NCBI GenBank assembly: GCA_963727485.1
Contig: CAVSGM010000003.1
Span: 640,001-704,000, forward strand
DNA from: an uncultured delta proteobacterium
GTDB taxonomy: Bacteria; Myxococcota; Myxococcia; SLRQ01
DNA: 64,000 nt
Direction: 5' to 3'
Part shown: positions 20,337 to 30,026 of the stretch, piece by piece
How positions within the stretch are numbered: the stretch's first letter is position 1
Layout: the number at the start of each line of letters is the position of its first letter
The notes under the pieces: generated by a model
What the model was told of the DNA's origin: nothing
Database searches by the model: none
What the model saw: the letters and a program-made list of their open reading frames with translations, nothing else
Translations under genes and position numbers: made by a program

Positions 20337-21300
20337 TCACGCGGCGCCGGTGAGACCGGCGGAGTCGAGGTGGAGGTCGAGGACCTCGAGGCCCTTGGCC
20401 TCGAGGGCCGACCGGACGCGCGGTCGGTCGGCGGGGTCGACGTCGGGGACGAAGACCAGGAGGAGGTCGCCGGCGCCGGCGCCCGAGGGCTTCACCGCGC
20501 CGTCGAACCCGGCGGCGGCGTCCCGGGCGGCGGCCAGCGCCTCCCGGCCGGCACCGGCACCGAGCTCGGCGAGGTCGGCGATCCGGGCGAGGAGGGCGTC
20601 GGCGTCGCGTACGGCCCGGGCGACGCCCAGGCCGCTGCGCAGCCGCGCGGAGAGGACGCTGCCGGCGGCGGCGGCGTCCTCGAGGACGGCGCGGCCTTCG
20701 GGGCCCTCGAAGCGGGCGAGGGCCCGGGCGGTGGACACCGGGGTGCCCCCGGCGACCACCAGGGGCAGCGAGGTCTCGGGGAGCGCGATGCCCTCGGCCA
20801 CCAGGGCGTCGTCGCCCCGGCCCGGGTCCCGGAAGCGCACCACGCCCCCGAGGACGGCGGTGGCCACGTCGGCGCCGCTCCCGCCTCGGGCGGCGCGGTG
20901 GGCGGCGCGGGCGGCGAGGAGGACGCGGCGGCGGACCTCGGGGTCGTCGAGGTCGTGGCCGGCGGCGGCGAACACGCTCCCGGTGACACACGCGATCCAG
21001 GCGGCGCTGGAGCCGAGGCCGAGCTTCTTGTCTCCGGCGTGGAGGGCGGCGGTGTCGACCACCGGTACCCCCGGGGGGAGCGACGCGGGGTCGGCCCCGG
21101 CGGCGGCACGTCGCGGCGTCGAAGAACGCCCGGGCCTCGGGGGTGGCCTCGGCGTCCGAGGCGCCGGTGGCGACCCCGTGGCGGTCGACGGCCATCACCA
21201 GGCCGGTGCCCCCGGCGAGGAGGCCGTACTCCCCGGAGAGGACCACCTTCCCCGGGGCGCGCACCCGGGGCCAGGGCGCGGCGTGGGTGGCGACGGCCAT
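20337..21300 (-). CDS. GHMP kinase, probable phosphomevalonate kinase (frameshift near 21110)
   Basis: N-part APGKVVLSGEY and C-part KLGLGSSAA, GSGADVA, KPSGAGAGD lie in different frames. Removing one base after DAA restores DAARAAAGADPASLPPGVPVVD. Located within the mevalonate operon. Confidence 0.8.
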
Positions 21301-22361
21301 CACCGCGTGCCTCCGGCCCGGCCCCAGGGGGCCTGGGGATCGACCTCGTGGCTGACGACCTCGAGGGGCCCGCCCACGGCGGTGACCCGGACGGTCTGGA
21401 CCCCGCGCACCGAGAGGAGGGCGGCCTTCACCGTCTCCTCGTCCTCGGGCAGGCAGATGACCTTCACGTTGGGGCCGGCGTCGGCGGTGAACGCCGCCAG
21501 GGTCCCGCTCTTCCGCAGGGCCCAGACCTCGTGCATCACCTCGATGGAGGGGCCCCGGAGGAACTGCACCGGGGGCCGCGAGGTGGCGGTGAGGGCGTGG
21601 AGCTTGAGGGCCGAGTGCTCGGCGATGCTCGCCAGCTGCTCCAGGTCCCGGCCCTCGATGGCGTCCCGGCACTCGGCGAGGTCGGCGCCCCAGGTGTCGA
21701 GCCAGGCGGGGTAGTAGGGCGAGGTGGCGGCGGTGCGGGCCATGGCCGGGGTGGAGCCGATGGGCTTGTAGCCGGCGTCGACCACGACCACCAGCACCCG
21801 CAGGTCCCAGTGGCGCTCGGTGGCGACCTGGGCGGTGCGGGCGTCCCAGGTGCCGTCGTCCGCCTGGTAGGGCACCAGCTCCACGAAGCCCCCGTGGATG
21901 GACCGGGCGGCGGACGCCGAGCCCAGGCGGGCGAGGCCGGCGAGCTCGTCGTGGCTCGCCTCGATGCCCGCGGCCTTCACCGCGGCGCCGGCCAGCGCCG
22001 CGAAGCCCGAGGCCGAGGAGGCGAGCCCCGCGGCGGTGGGGAAGTAGTTCACGGTGCGCACCGAGGCGGCGCCCAGCGGCCGGCCGTGGTCGGTGCCCAG
22101 CTGGCGGACCCGGTCGAGGAAGGCGGCGACCCGGGCGGACTCGCGCCCGGTGGCGGTGCGGCCGTCGAGGACCACCAGGTCCTCGCCTTCGCGCTCGGAG
22201 AAGGCCACGGTGGTCTCGGTGGTCAGGGCCGAGAGGGTCACCGAGAGGGACCCGGTGGCGGGGACCCGGCGGGCCTCGTCGACCTTGCCCCAGTACTTCA
22301 CCAGGGCGACGTTGGCGCAGGCGCGGGAGGTGGCGGCGACGGGACGATCGATGAGCTTCAT
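21300..22361 (-). CDS. mvaD: Diphosphomevalonate decarboxylase
   Basis: ANVALVKYWGK, SLSVTL, FPTAAGLASSASGFAAL, ARLGSASAARS, TADAGPNVK. Confidence 0.95.
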   Translation of the reverse strand: MKLIDRPVAATSRACANVALVKYWGKVDEARRVPATGSLSVTLSALTTETTVAFSEREGEDLVVLDGRTATGRESARVAAFLDRVRQLGTDHGRPLGAASVRTVNYFPTAAGLASSASGFAALAGAAVKAAGIEASHDELAGLARLGSASAARSIHGGFVELVPYQADDGTWDARTAQVATERHWDLRVLVVVVDAGYKPIGSTPAMARTAATSPYYPAWLDTWGADLAECRDAIEGRDLEQLASIAEHSALKLHALTATSRPPVQFLRGPSIEVMHEVWALRKSGTLAAFTADAGPNVKVICLPEDEETVKAALLSVRGVQTVRVTAVGGPLEVVSHEVDPQAPWGRAGGTR

Positions 22362-23296
22362 GACGTGGCCACCGCGGCGAGAGGGAAGCTCCGGGCCCAG
22401 CGGCTCTGCGCGGTGAGGGCCCGGAGAACGTGGGGGGCGCGGGCGGGGCGGGCAAGGGCGACGACGCAGCCGCCGCCCCCGGCGCCGGTGAGCTTGACGC
22501 CCAGGGCCCCGGCGGCGTGGGCGGCGGCGCAGGCGGCCTCGAGGCCGGGGGTGCCGAGGCCGAGTCGCACCAGGTGGGTCTGGGCCTCGTCCATGGCCGC
22601 GCCGAGGGCCGCGAGCTCGCCTTTGGCGAGCTGGTCCGGGGCGGCGGCGGCGAGCGCCCCGAGGCGGGCGTAGGCGTCGGCGCCCTCGGCGTCGGCGTCG
22701 CGATGCTGGCGGACGCGCTCGATCATCTCCCGGGTCGGGGGCCGGTCGCCAGTGTCGGCGACGACGAGGACGAAGCGGGCGCCGGGGACCACGGGGGCGA
22801 GGCCCTCGCCTGTGCGGAAGACCCCCACGCCCCCGGCGGCGGCGACGGCGGCGTCGGCGCCGGAGGGGCGGCCGTGGAAGACCGACTCGGATCCGGCGGC
22901 GAGCTCGGCGGCCACCTTGGCGGCGGCGAGGTCGTGGCGCCCCCCGGCCCGGGCGACGGCCCGGAGGACGGCGACGGCGAGCGCCGCCGAGCTCCCCAGG
23001 CCCACGCTCGGGGGCACCCCGGCCTCGACGTTCACCAGGACCTGCCGGTCGCGCTCGGGGAGCCCGGCGGCGGCCAGGGCGGCGTCGAGGGCGGCCAGGG
23101 CCCGGGCGGGGGCGTCGCCCTCGGGGTCGGCCTCGGCCTCGAGGTCCCAGGGGCGCACCGACACCCGGAGGGCCTCGGCGCGCTTGACCACCCGGGCGGT
23201 CATCCCGGCGGCGAGGCCGGCGACGAGCGCCGGGGCGCCCTCGACCACCACGTGCTCGCCGAGGAGGATGGTTTTGGCGTAGGCGTCTCCGGTCAT
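22358..23296 (-). CDS. mvk: Mevalonate kinase
   Basis: AKTILLGEHVVV, PPSVGLGSSAA, FHGRPSGAD, KLTGAGGGG. Confidence 0.93.
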   Translation of the reverse strand: MTGDAYAKTILLGEHVVVEGAPALVAGLAAGMTARVVKRAEALRVSVRPWDLEAEADPEGDAPARALAALDAALAAAGLPERDRQVLVNVEAGVPPSVGLGSSAALAVAVLRAVARAGGRHDLAAAKVAAELAAGSESVFHGRPSGADAAVAAAGGVGVFRTGEGLAPVVPGARFVLVVADTGDRPPTREMIERVRQHRDADAEGADAYARLGALAAAAPDQLAKGELAALGAAMDEAQTHLVRLGLGTPGLEAACAAAHAAGALGVKLTGAGGGGCVVALARPARAPHVLRALTAQSRWARSFPLAAVATS

Positions 23297-24366
23297 CGTG
23301 ATGGCTCCGTGAGGGGGTCCCAGGCGGCGAGCCGGGGCCCGAGGACCTTGGGGGCCCGCCACAGGTCGTGGACCTTTGCCGAGCCGGTGAGCAGGCAGAT
23401 GGCGCGCAGGCCGTCGACGAGGCCCTGGAGGAACGTGCGCGCGCCCTCGGGGCCACCTTCGCGGTAGGCGACGAGGACCGGCTGGGCGAAGGCGCAGGCG
23501 TAGGCGCCCAGCGCGATGGCCCGGGCGGCGTCGAGGGCGGTGCGCAGGCCCCCCCCGGCCACGCGCACCAGCGGCAGGCCCTGGAGGAGCAGAAGCGAGG
23601 CCCCCGTGGGGATGCCCCACTCGCCCAGGAGCTCGCCGACCCAGGCCCGGGCGGGGTCGCGCTCGGCCTCGACGCGGACCCAGGAGGTGCCGCCGGCGCC
23701 GCTGACCTCGACCCGCTCGACGCCGGCGGCCATCAGCGCCACGGCCGCCTCCCGGGAGAGGCCGCAGCCGGTCTCCTTGACCACCACCGGGACCTCGAGG
23801 TGCTGGACCAGGGTCCGCACGGCGTCGAGGCCGCCGCGGAAGTCCCGGTCGCCGGCGGCCTGGGTGAGCTCCTGGGCGGGGTTCAAGTGCAGCGCCAGGC
23901 CGTCGGCGTCCACGGCGCGGACCAGCTCGGCGACCTTCTCCGGCCCCAGGTCCCGGGCCTGGACCAGGCCCAGGTTCCCCAGGATGGGTACGTTCGGCGC
24001 CTGCTGGCGCACCCGGAAGCTCTCGGCGAGCCCGGGCTGCTCGGCCATGGGCCGCTGGCTGCCCAGGCAGAAGCCCAGGCCCAGGTCCTCGGCGACGGCG
24101 GCGAGGTCGGCGTTGGTCCGGGCGGCGGTGTCGGTGCCGCCGGTCATGGCCCCGATGAGGATGGGGGCCTTCAGGGTGCGGCCGAGCCACTCCACCGAGA
24201 GGTCGACCTCGTCGAGGGCGCGCTCGGGGAGGGCCTGGTGGACCAGGTGGACCTCCTCCAGGAGGGTCGTCGCCTCGCGGAAGGCGCCGCGCCCGCTGGC
24301 GGTGATCTCGAGGTGGGCGTTCTTGCGCGCCTGGATGTCGTCGGTGGGGGCCACGCAGTGCGTCAT
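23293..24366 (-). CDS. fni: Type 2 isopentenyl-diphosphate delta-isomerase (FMN-dependent)
   Basis: RKNAHL, GAMTGG, GSQR, HLNPAQE, VKETGCG, GAGGTSW, WGIPT. Confidence 0.95.
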   Translation of the reverse strand: MTHCVAPTDDIQARKNAHLEITASGRGAFREATTLLEEVHLVHQALPERALDEVDLSVEWLGRTLKAPILIGAMTGGTDTAARTNADLAAVAEDLGLGFCLGSQRPMAEQPGLAESFRVRQQAPNVPILGNLGLVQARDLGPEKVAELVRAVDADGLALHLNPAQELTQAAGDRDFRGGLDAVRTLVQHLEVPVVVKETGCGLSREAAVALMAAGVERVEVSGAGGTSWVRVEAERDPARAWVGELLGEWGIPTGASLLLLQGLPLVRVAGGGLRTALDAARAIALGAYACAFAQPVLVAYREGGPEGARTFLQGLVDGLRAICLLTGSAKVHDLWRAPKVLGPRLAAWDPLTEPSR

Positions 24367-24746
24367 ACCGTGTCGGGACGGGGAGGTAAACGGCGGGTCC
24401 CCAGCGTCGGTGCAAAGGTCGCGCCGGGGGGCTTCGACCCCCGGGGCACGGGGCTTCAACAGCCGGCGGTCGCTGGTTTCGTCCACGGCGTGGACGTGGG
24501 GCGACAACGGCGTGGTCGGCGGGCCGCGGTCGGGCTGGGGGTGGAGCGGGGCATGTACGGGATGGCGTCGATGGGTTGGTGCATGTATAGGGTCTGCACA
24601 ACTATTACTGCAACTGGTGCAGACACCCCACATCCCCGGTGCCCAGGGGTAAGGACGGCGGCGTGGACGGTCCCGGACCCGGCTGCTAGCTTCGCGCGTT
24701 CTTAGCCGGTGGCGAGGATGCCACCGGGACGCAAGTGGAGGCAGTG

Positions 24747-26756
24747 ATGCGCGAAGTGAACCTCGGGCCCGCGAGTCGGCTCGGTACGTGGTGTGTGGTC
24801 CTGGCGGCCGCAGTCGTCCTGGCGGGGTGCGGCAACTCCAACGGAGCCGCGCTGGAGCCGACCTGCGGCACCGGCGAGGTGGCCTGTGGGAGCGGCAGCG
24901 CGGCCTACTGCGCCAACCTCCAGAACGACAACGCCAACTGCGGGTCGTGCGGCAGCGCCTGCCCCACCGGCCAGGCGTGCACCAACGGGACCTGCGCGGC
25001 GAGCTGCGGCACCGGGATGACCAAGTGCGGCACCGGCCAGGCCGCCTACTGCGCCAACCTGGACAGCGACAACGCCAACTGCGGGGCCTGCGGGACGGTC
25101 TGCCCGGCGGGCGAGGCCTGCACCGGCGGCGCCTGCGCGGTGACCTGCGGGGGCGGCCTCACCGAGTGCGGCACCGGCGGCACGGCCTTCTGCGCCAACC
25201 TCCAGAGCGACAACCTCGACTGCGGGAGCTGCGGGAACGCCTGCCCGGCGGGGACGGTGTGCGCCGGCGGGACCTGCGGCGTCACCTGCAGCCCCCCGAT
25301 GGCCGCGTGCCCCAGCGCCAACGGCAAGACCTGCGTGGACCTGAAGACCGATGACCACAACTGCGGCAGCTGTGGGGCCACCTGCGTCGCCTCCACCGCC
25401 TGCGTGAACGGGACCTGCTGCACCGCCACCACCTGGTTCCAGGACGCCGACGGCGACGGCTTCGGCAACCCGGCGGTCACCAAGACCGCCTGCCCCCAGC
25501 CCGACGGGTATGTCGCGGACAACACCGACTGCGACGACACCAACCCCAACGTCTACCCGGGGGCCACCGAGATCTGCGACGGGGTCCAGGACGACTGCGC
25601 CAACACGGCCTGGACCAGCGACGCGGGCCTGGCGACCTTCATGGACGGCACCGGGGCCATCACCGACTGGTCGTCGAAGCTCGCCGCCGGGACCCAGGCC
25701 ACCCCGGTGACCATCGCCCTGGACACCGAGGGCACCCTCAACGTCTGCGGGGGGACCTGGTACGCCGGGTTCACCGTCGGGGCCAACGTCGCCATCGTCG
25801 GCCACGGCGGGCGGGACGCCGTCATCCTCGACGGCGGGGACCAGCAGCGGGTGGTCACCAGCCCCAGCGGCGGCACCGCCTACGCCCTCGAGCTCTCGGG
25901 CGTGACCCTGGCCCACGGGAAGTCCACCGCCAACGGCGGCGCCATGCGCCTCCTCAACGCCGGCCAGGTGAAGCTCACCGACGTGGCGGTGACGGCCAGC
26001 ACCGCCGTCAACGGCGGCGGGATCTACGCCCTGTCTCCGCTGGACCTGGAGCGGGTTTCGATCTCGGGCAACACCGCCGTCGACTCGGGGGGCGGCCTGC
26101 TCACCGTGGGCGCGGTGACCGCCGACTGGCTCCAGATCACCGGCAACCAGGCCACGGCCGCCCAGGGCGGCAACGGGTACGGCGGCGGCTGGGTGATCGA
26201 CGACACGGCCCCGGTGACCCTCACCGTCTCCAACCTCAGCGTGGATCGGAACACCGCCCTCCAGGGCGGGGGGATCCTGGTGCGGGGCCTCAACTCGGCG
26301 CCGCCGACGCTCACGGTCACCGGGGGCGAGATCAGCGGCAACAGCGCGGTGAGGCGCGGCGGCGGCCTGTGGATGTCCCAGGGCGACGTCACCCTCACCG
26401 GCCTGACCATGGTGGGCAACCGCGCCGACACCGGCAACCTCGCGGTCACCCTGGCGATCTTCGGCGGCGCCGCCAACGTCAGCGCCGGCACCCTCACCTT
26501 GAACGGGTGCACCGTGCAGGACAACGTCGACGAGTACGGCACCCCGCCCGGGGTGGGCGGCATCTGGACCAAGGGCACCCTGAAGGTGACCGACTCCCAC
26601 TTCGGGTACAACTGCATCTGGCTGCTCTCGACCCACGTCTGCGTGACCCCGTCGTCGAACCTCACCGCGGCCGACGTGGTGAGCGGGACCTCGAACAACG
26701 CCTACGTGCTGAGCGACCCGGCCAACGTGACCTGCGACGCCCAGAGCTGCCAGTAG
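24747..26756 (+). CDS. Cys-rich surface lipoprotein with Stig1-like repeats, a DxDGDG/MopE-type motif and a C-terminal beta-helix-like region
   Basis: Lipobox VLAGC; four CANLxxDNxNCGxCGxxC repeats; WFQDADGDGFG...DCDDTNPNVYPGATEICDG; NxAxxGGG(I/L) repeats. Confidence 0.82.
   Translation: MREVNLGPASRLGTWCVVLAAAVVLAGCGNSNGAALEPTCGTGEVACGSGSAAYCANLQNDNANCGSCGSACPTGQACTNGTCAASCGTGMTKCGTGQAAYCANLDSDNANCGACGTVCPAGEACTGGACAVTCGGGLTECGTGGTAFCANLQSDNLDCGSCGNACPAGTVCAGGTCGVTCSPPMAACPSANGKTCVDLKTDDHNCGSCGATCVASTACVNGTCCTATTWFQDADGDGFGNPAVTKTACPQPDGYVADNTDCDDTNPNVYPGATEICDGVQDDCANTAWTSDAGLATFMDGTGAITDWSSKLAAGTQATPVTIALDTEGTLNVCGGTWYAGFTVGANVAIVGHGGRDAVILDGGDQQRVVTSPSGGTAYALELSGVTLAHGKSTANGGAMRLLNAGQVKLTDVAVTASTAVNGGGIYALSPLDLERVSISGNTAVDSGGGLLTVGAVTADWLQITGNQATAAQGGNGYGGGWVIDDTAPVTLTVSNLSVDRNTALQGGGILVRGLNSAPPTLTVTGGEISGNSAVRRGGGLWMSQGDVTLTGLTMVGNRADTGNLAVTLAIFGGAANVSAGTLTLNGCTVQDNVDEYGTPPGVGGIWTKGTLKVTDSHFGYNCIWLLSTHVCVTPSSNLTAADVVSGTSNNAYVLSDPANVTCDAQSCQ
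24863..25420 (+). repeat. Four tandem ~39-aa Cys-rich repeats inside the lipoprotein gene
   Basis: Repeated tgcgccaacct...gacaac...aactgcggg units about 117 bp apart; the fourth copy is more diverged. Confidence 0.85.
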
Positions 26757-27671
26757 CCCGTGTGCACCAGGGGAACAGGTGGGGAGGGTGCCAAGGCACG
26801 CTCCGCACCCTGACTTCAACGTGACCGCCGACCGCTAGCGGACCCTTGGCCCGGCCGACAAGGAGGCCAAGGAGGCCACCGCCGGCGGCCCCGAAGACTA
26901 CGGGGCCCCACAGGGCCGAGGTGACCGCCAGCCCCACGGCGACGCCGACGACCGGGAGGATCGTCGGGTCGATGGGGGTGCGCGTCGGCTCGTCGTCATA
27001 CTTCTCTACTTTCATCTCTGCTGCGGATACACGTGGCCTGGCTCCACGGCGGGCGAATCCCGCCCGCGGATCGCAGTCCATTGCACCCAGGATGAGTTTG
27101 AGGGGCACGCCGAACCGGGTGTGGGTCCAGTTGGTGCCGACCTCCTCCGCGTCGGCTCAGGGCGTTCGTCCGGGAGGTCTGACCCGTAGCCAACCCGCAC
27201 CACGGCAAGCGGTGGGGTCGGAACGGACTCATGAGAAGGTAACCGGCCATGATGAGGTGTCAACGGGGCGGGACACACGGTTGGTGGTACTCAGCGCAGC
27301 AAGGGCCAGGGCTACGAGCACGCCGAGCCGGTGATCAGGCACCCTTGCTTGGTGGAGACGGTGTCTCGACAACTGCTGTCTAGAGCAAGGTGGCCGCGCT
27401 TCCTACACTCCATATTCATGCCAAGCCGAAGCGATCCTGTGTCCGTTCCCTGTTCAGGCGCCAAGGATACGTTGGGTTGGACGTCCCGGAACGCATTTCG
27501 TGGTTGGACGAGTGGGGTCCGCCCACCGACTTGGAGGCGCGACTCGCCCGGAAGCGTCTCTGCCATTCCCGCCAGTGAGTCGTCAGCGCGCGGCTTGAGC
27601 GGGCCCCCGGTCGACGCGTCGGGAGCGCGCGCGGTGCGCCAGACTGGCCACGCGCGGGCCCAAGACCGCGG

Positions 27672-27701
27672 TTGACACGCCGGAAGCCGCCTACCTATGT
27701 T
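27672..27701 (+). promoter_or_regulatory. Putative sigma70 promoter for the leuB operon
   Basis: TTGACA-N18-TATGTT about 60 bp upstream of the TTG start, which has a GAGGAGG RBS. Confidence 0.5.
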
Positions 27702-27760
27702 CCCCACGCCCTCGGGCGCACCTCCTCAACTTGGCGCGCCCGGGGACGAGGAGGCTCATC

Positions 27761-28820
27761 TTGGCGCGCATCGCGGTCATCCCCGGCGACGGCATCGGCC
27801 CCGAGGTCATGGCCGAGGGCCTGAAGGTCCTGAAGGCGGTCGGTGAGGCGGAAGGTCTCGCCTTCGACACGGTCACCTTCGACTACGGCGCCGAGCGCTA
27901 CCTGAAGGACGGCACCACCCTCCCGGACGAAGGCCTCGCCGAGCTCCGGGACGCGTTCGACGCCATCCTCCTCGGGGCGCTGGGCGACCCCCGGATCCCC
28001 GACATGCGCCACGGCCGGGAGATCCTCCTGCGCCTGCGCTTCGACCTCGACCTGTTCATCAACCTGCGGCCGGTGCGCCTCCTCGACGCCCGCCTCTGCC
28101 CCCTGAAGGGCAAGGGGCCGGACGAGGTGGACCTGGTGGTGTTCCGGGAGAACACCGAGGGCATCTACGTGGGCGCCGGGGGGATCTTCAAGAAGGACAC
28201 CCCCGACGAGGTGGCCATCCAGGAGGACGTGAACACCCGCAAGGGGGTGGAGCGGATCATCCGGGCCGCCTTCGAGTACGCCCGCGAGCACGGGCGCAGG
28301 CTCGGTGTGCATGAGCGACAAGTCCAACGCCATGCGCTTCGCCGGCGACCTGTGGCAGCGCACCTTCAAGGCGGTGGCCGCCGACTACCCCAAGATCGAC
28401 GCCTTCCACCTCTTCGTCGACGTGCTGACCATGGAGCTGGTCCGGGCGCCGGAGCGCTTCGAGGTCATCGTCACCAACAACCTCTTCGGGGACATCGTCA
28501 CCGACCTCGGGGCGCAGATCGCCGGCGGCATCGGCCTGGCCGCCTCCGGGAACATCCACCCCGGCGGCGCGGCCCTCTTCGAGCCGGTCCACGGCTCGGC
28601 CCCGGACATCGCCGGCCAGGGCGTCGCCAACCCCCTGGCCACCATCCTCTCCATCCAGATGCTCCTCGAGCACCTGGGCCACGAGGGCGCCGCCGCCCGC
28701 GTCGACGCCGCCGTGCGCCGCGCCCTCGCCGAAAAGATTCTCACCCGGGAGCTCGGCGGCGACCGCTCGACCGCACAGGTCGGGGACTTCGTCGCCGCCG
28801 CCGTCCGAGCCCCCACCTGA
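27761..28820 (+). CDS. leuB: 3-isopropylmalate dehydrogenase (isocitrate/IPM dehydrogenase family), frameshift near 28300
   Basis: GDGIGPEV, INLRP and FRENTEG in one frame; DKSNAM, NLFGDIVTD and FEPVHGSAPDIAG in the next. One extra base near ...CGCAGGCTCGGTGTGC. Confidence 0.85.
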
Positions 28821-28832
28821 CGGAGACACGAG

Positions 28833-30026
28833 ATGAAGAGCACCCTCGCCAAGGACATCGTCTTCCTCGCCGGCAAGCGGACCCCCTTCGGGACCTTCGG
28901 CGGCACCCTCAAGAGCCACTCGGCCACCGACCTCGGGGTCATCGCCTCCAAGGCCGCCCTCGAGCAGGCGGGGATCTCCCCGGACAAGGTGGACCACGTC
29001 ATCTTCGGGAACGTGATGCAGACCTCGCCCGACGCCATCTACCTGGCGCGGCACGTGGGCCTGAAGAGCGGGGTGCCCATCGAGCGGCCCGCCTACGTGG
29101 TCAACCGCCTCTGCGGCTCGGGCTTCCAGTCGCTGGTGAGCGGGGCCATGGAGATCCTCGTGGGCGGCGCCAACGTGGTGCTCGCCGGCGGCACCGAGTC
29201 CATGAGCATGGCGCCCCACAACATCTACGGCGCCCGCTGGGGCATCCCGCTCGGGAAGAGCGAGCTCCAGGACAGCCTGTGGTCGGCGCTCACCGACAGC
29301 TACAACGGCATGCCGATGGCGATCACCGCCGAGAACCTGGGCGTGAAGTACGAGCTCACCCAGGACCAGGTTGACGCCTACTCGGTCCGCTCCCAGAAGG
29401 CCTGGGCGGCGGCCCAGGAGGCCGGGCACTTCAAGGACGAGATCGCCCCGGTGGAGATCCAGAAGCGCAAGGAGACCCTGAGCTTCGAGGTCGACGAGCA
29501 CCCCCGGCCCCAGACCACCCTCGAGAGCCTGAAGAAGCTCCCCAAGGTGTTCAAGAAGGACGGGCTGATCCACGCGGGCGCCGCCAGCGGCATCTGCGAC
29601 GGCGCCGGGGCGATGATCGTCGCCGACGGCGCGTGGGCCGAGAAGGAGGGCGTCAAGCCCATCGGGCGGATGCTCGCCTGGGGCGTCGCCGGGGTGGAGC
29701 CCAGCCTCATGGGCATCGGGCCCGCGCCGGCCATCCGCCAGGTCCTGGAGAAGACCGGGACCGACGTCGGCGCCTGGGACCTCATCGAGGTCAACGAGGC
29801 GTTTGCGCCCCAGTACCTGGCCGTGGAGAAGGAGCTGGGCCTCGACCAGGCGAAGACCAACGTCGACGGCGGCGCCATCTCCATGGGCCATCCCCTTGGC
29901 GCGTCCGGGACGCGTATTACAATGCACCTGTTGTACGCGCTCAAGGCCCGCGGCGCCCGCTACGGGATCGGCTCCGCCTGCATCGGCGGCGGTCAGGGCA
30001 TCGCGGTGGCGGTGGAGGTTCTCTAG
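28833..30026 (+). CDS. Acetyl-CoA C-acetyltransferase (thiolase)
   Basis: RTPFG, NRLCGSG, GGTESMS, EVNEAFA, GHPLGASG, CIGGGQG. Confidence 0.95.
   Translation: MKSTLAKDIVFLAGKRTPFGTFGGTLKSHSATDLGVIASKAALEQAGISPDKVDHVIFGNVMQTSPDAIYLARHVGLKSGVPIERPAYVVNRLCGSGFQSLVSGAMEILVGGANVVLAGGTESMSMAPHNIYGARWGIPLGKSELQDSLWSALTDSYNGMPMAITAENLGVKYELTQDQVDAYSVRSQKAWAAAQEAGHFKDEIAPVEIQKRKETLSFEVDEHPRPQTTLESLKKLPKVFKKDGLIHAGAASGICDGAGAMIVADGAWAEKEGVKPIGRMLAWGVAGVEPSLMGIGPAPAIRQVLEKTGTDVGAWDLIEVNEAFAPQYLAVEKELGLDQAKTNVDGGAISMGHPLGASGTRITMHLLYALKARGARYGIGSACIGGGQGIAVAVEVL

Noticed and set aside
27409..27424. Minus-strand TGGCATG as a sigma54 promoter
   Set aside because: The -12 element reads TGGA rather than TTGC, and there is no intact gene downstream.
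28290..28310. Programmed frameshifting in leuB, PMK, GMC or HIT
   Set aside because: No slippery heptamers or consistent stimulatory structures are present, and the pattern fits sequencing insertions.
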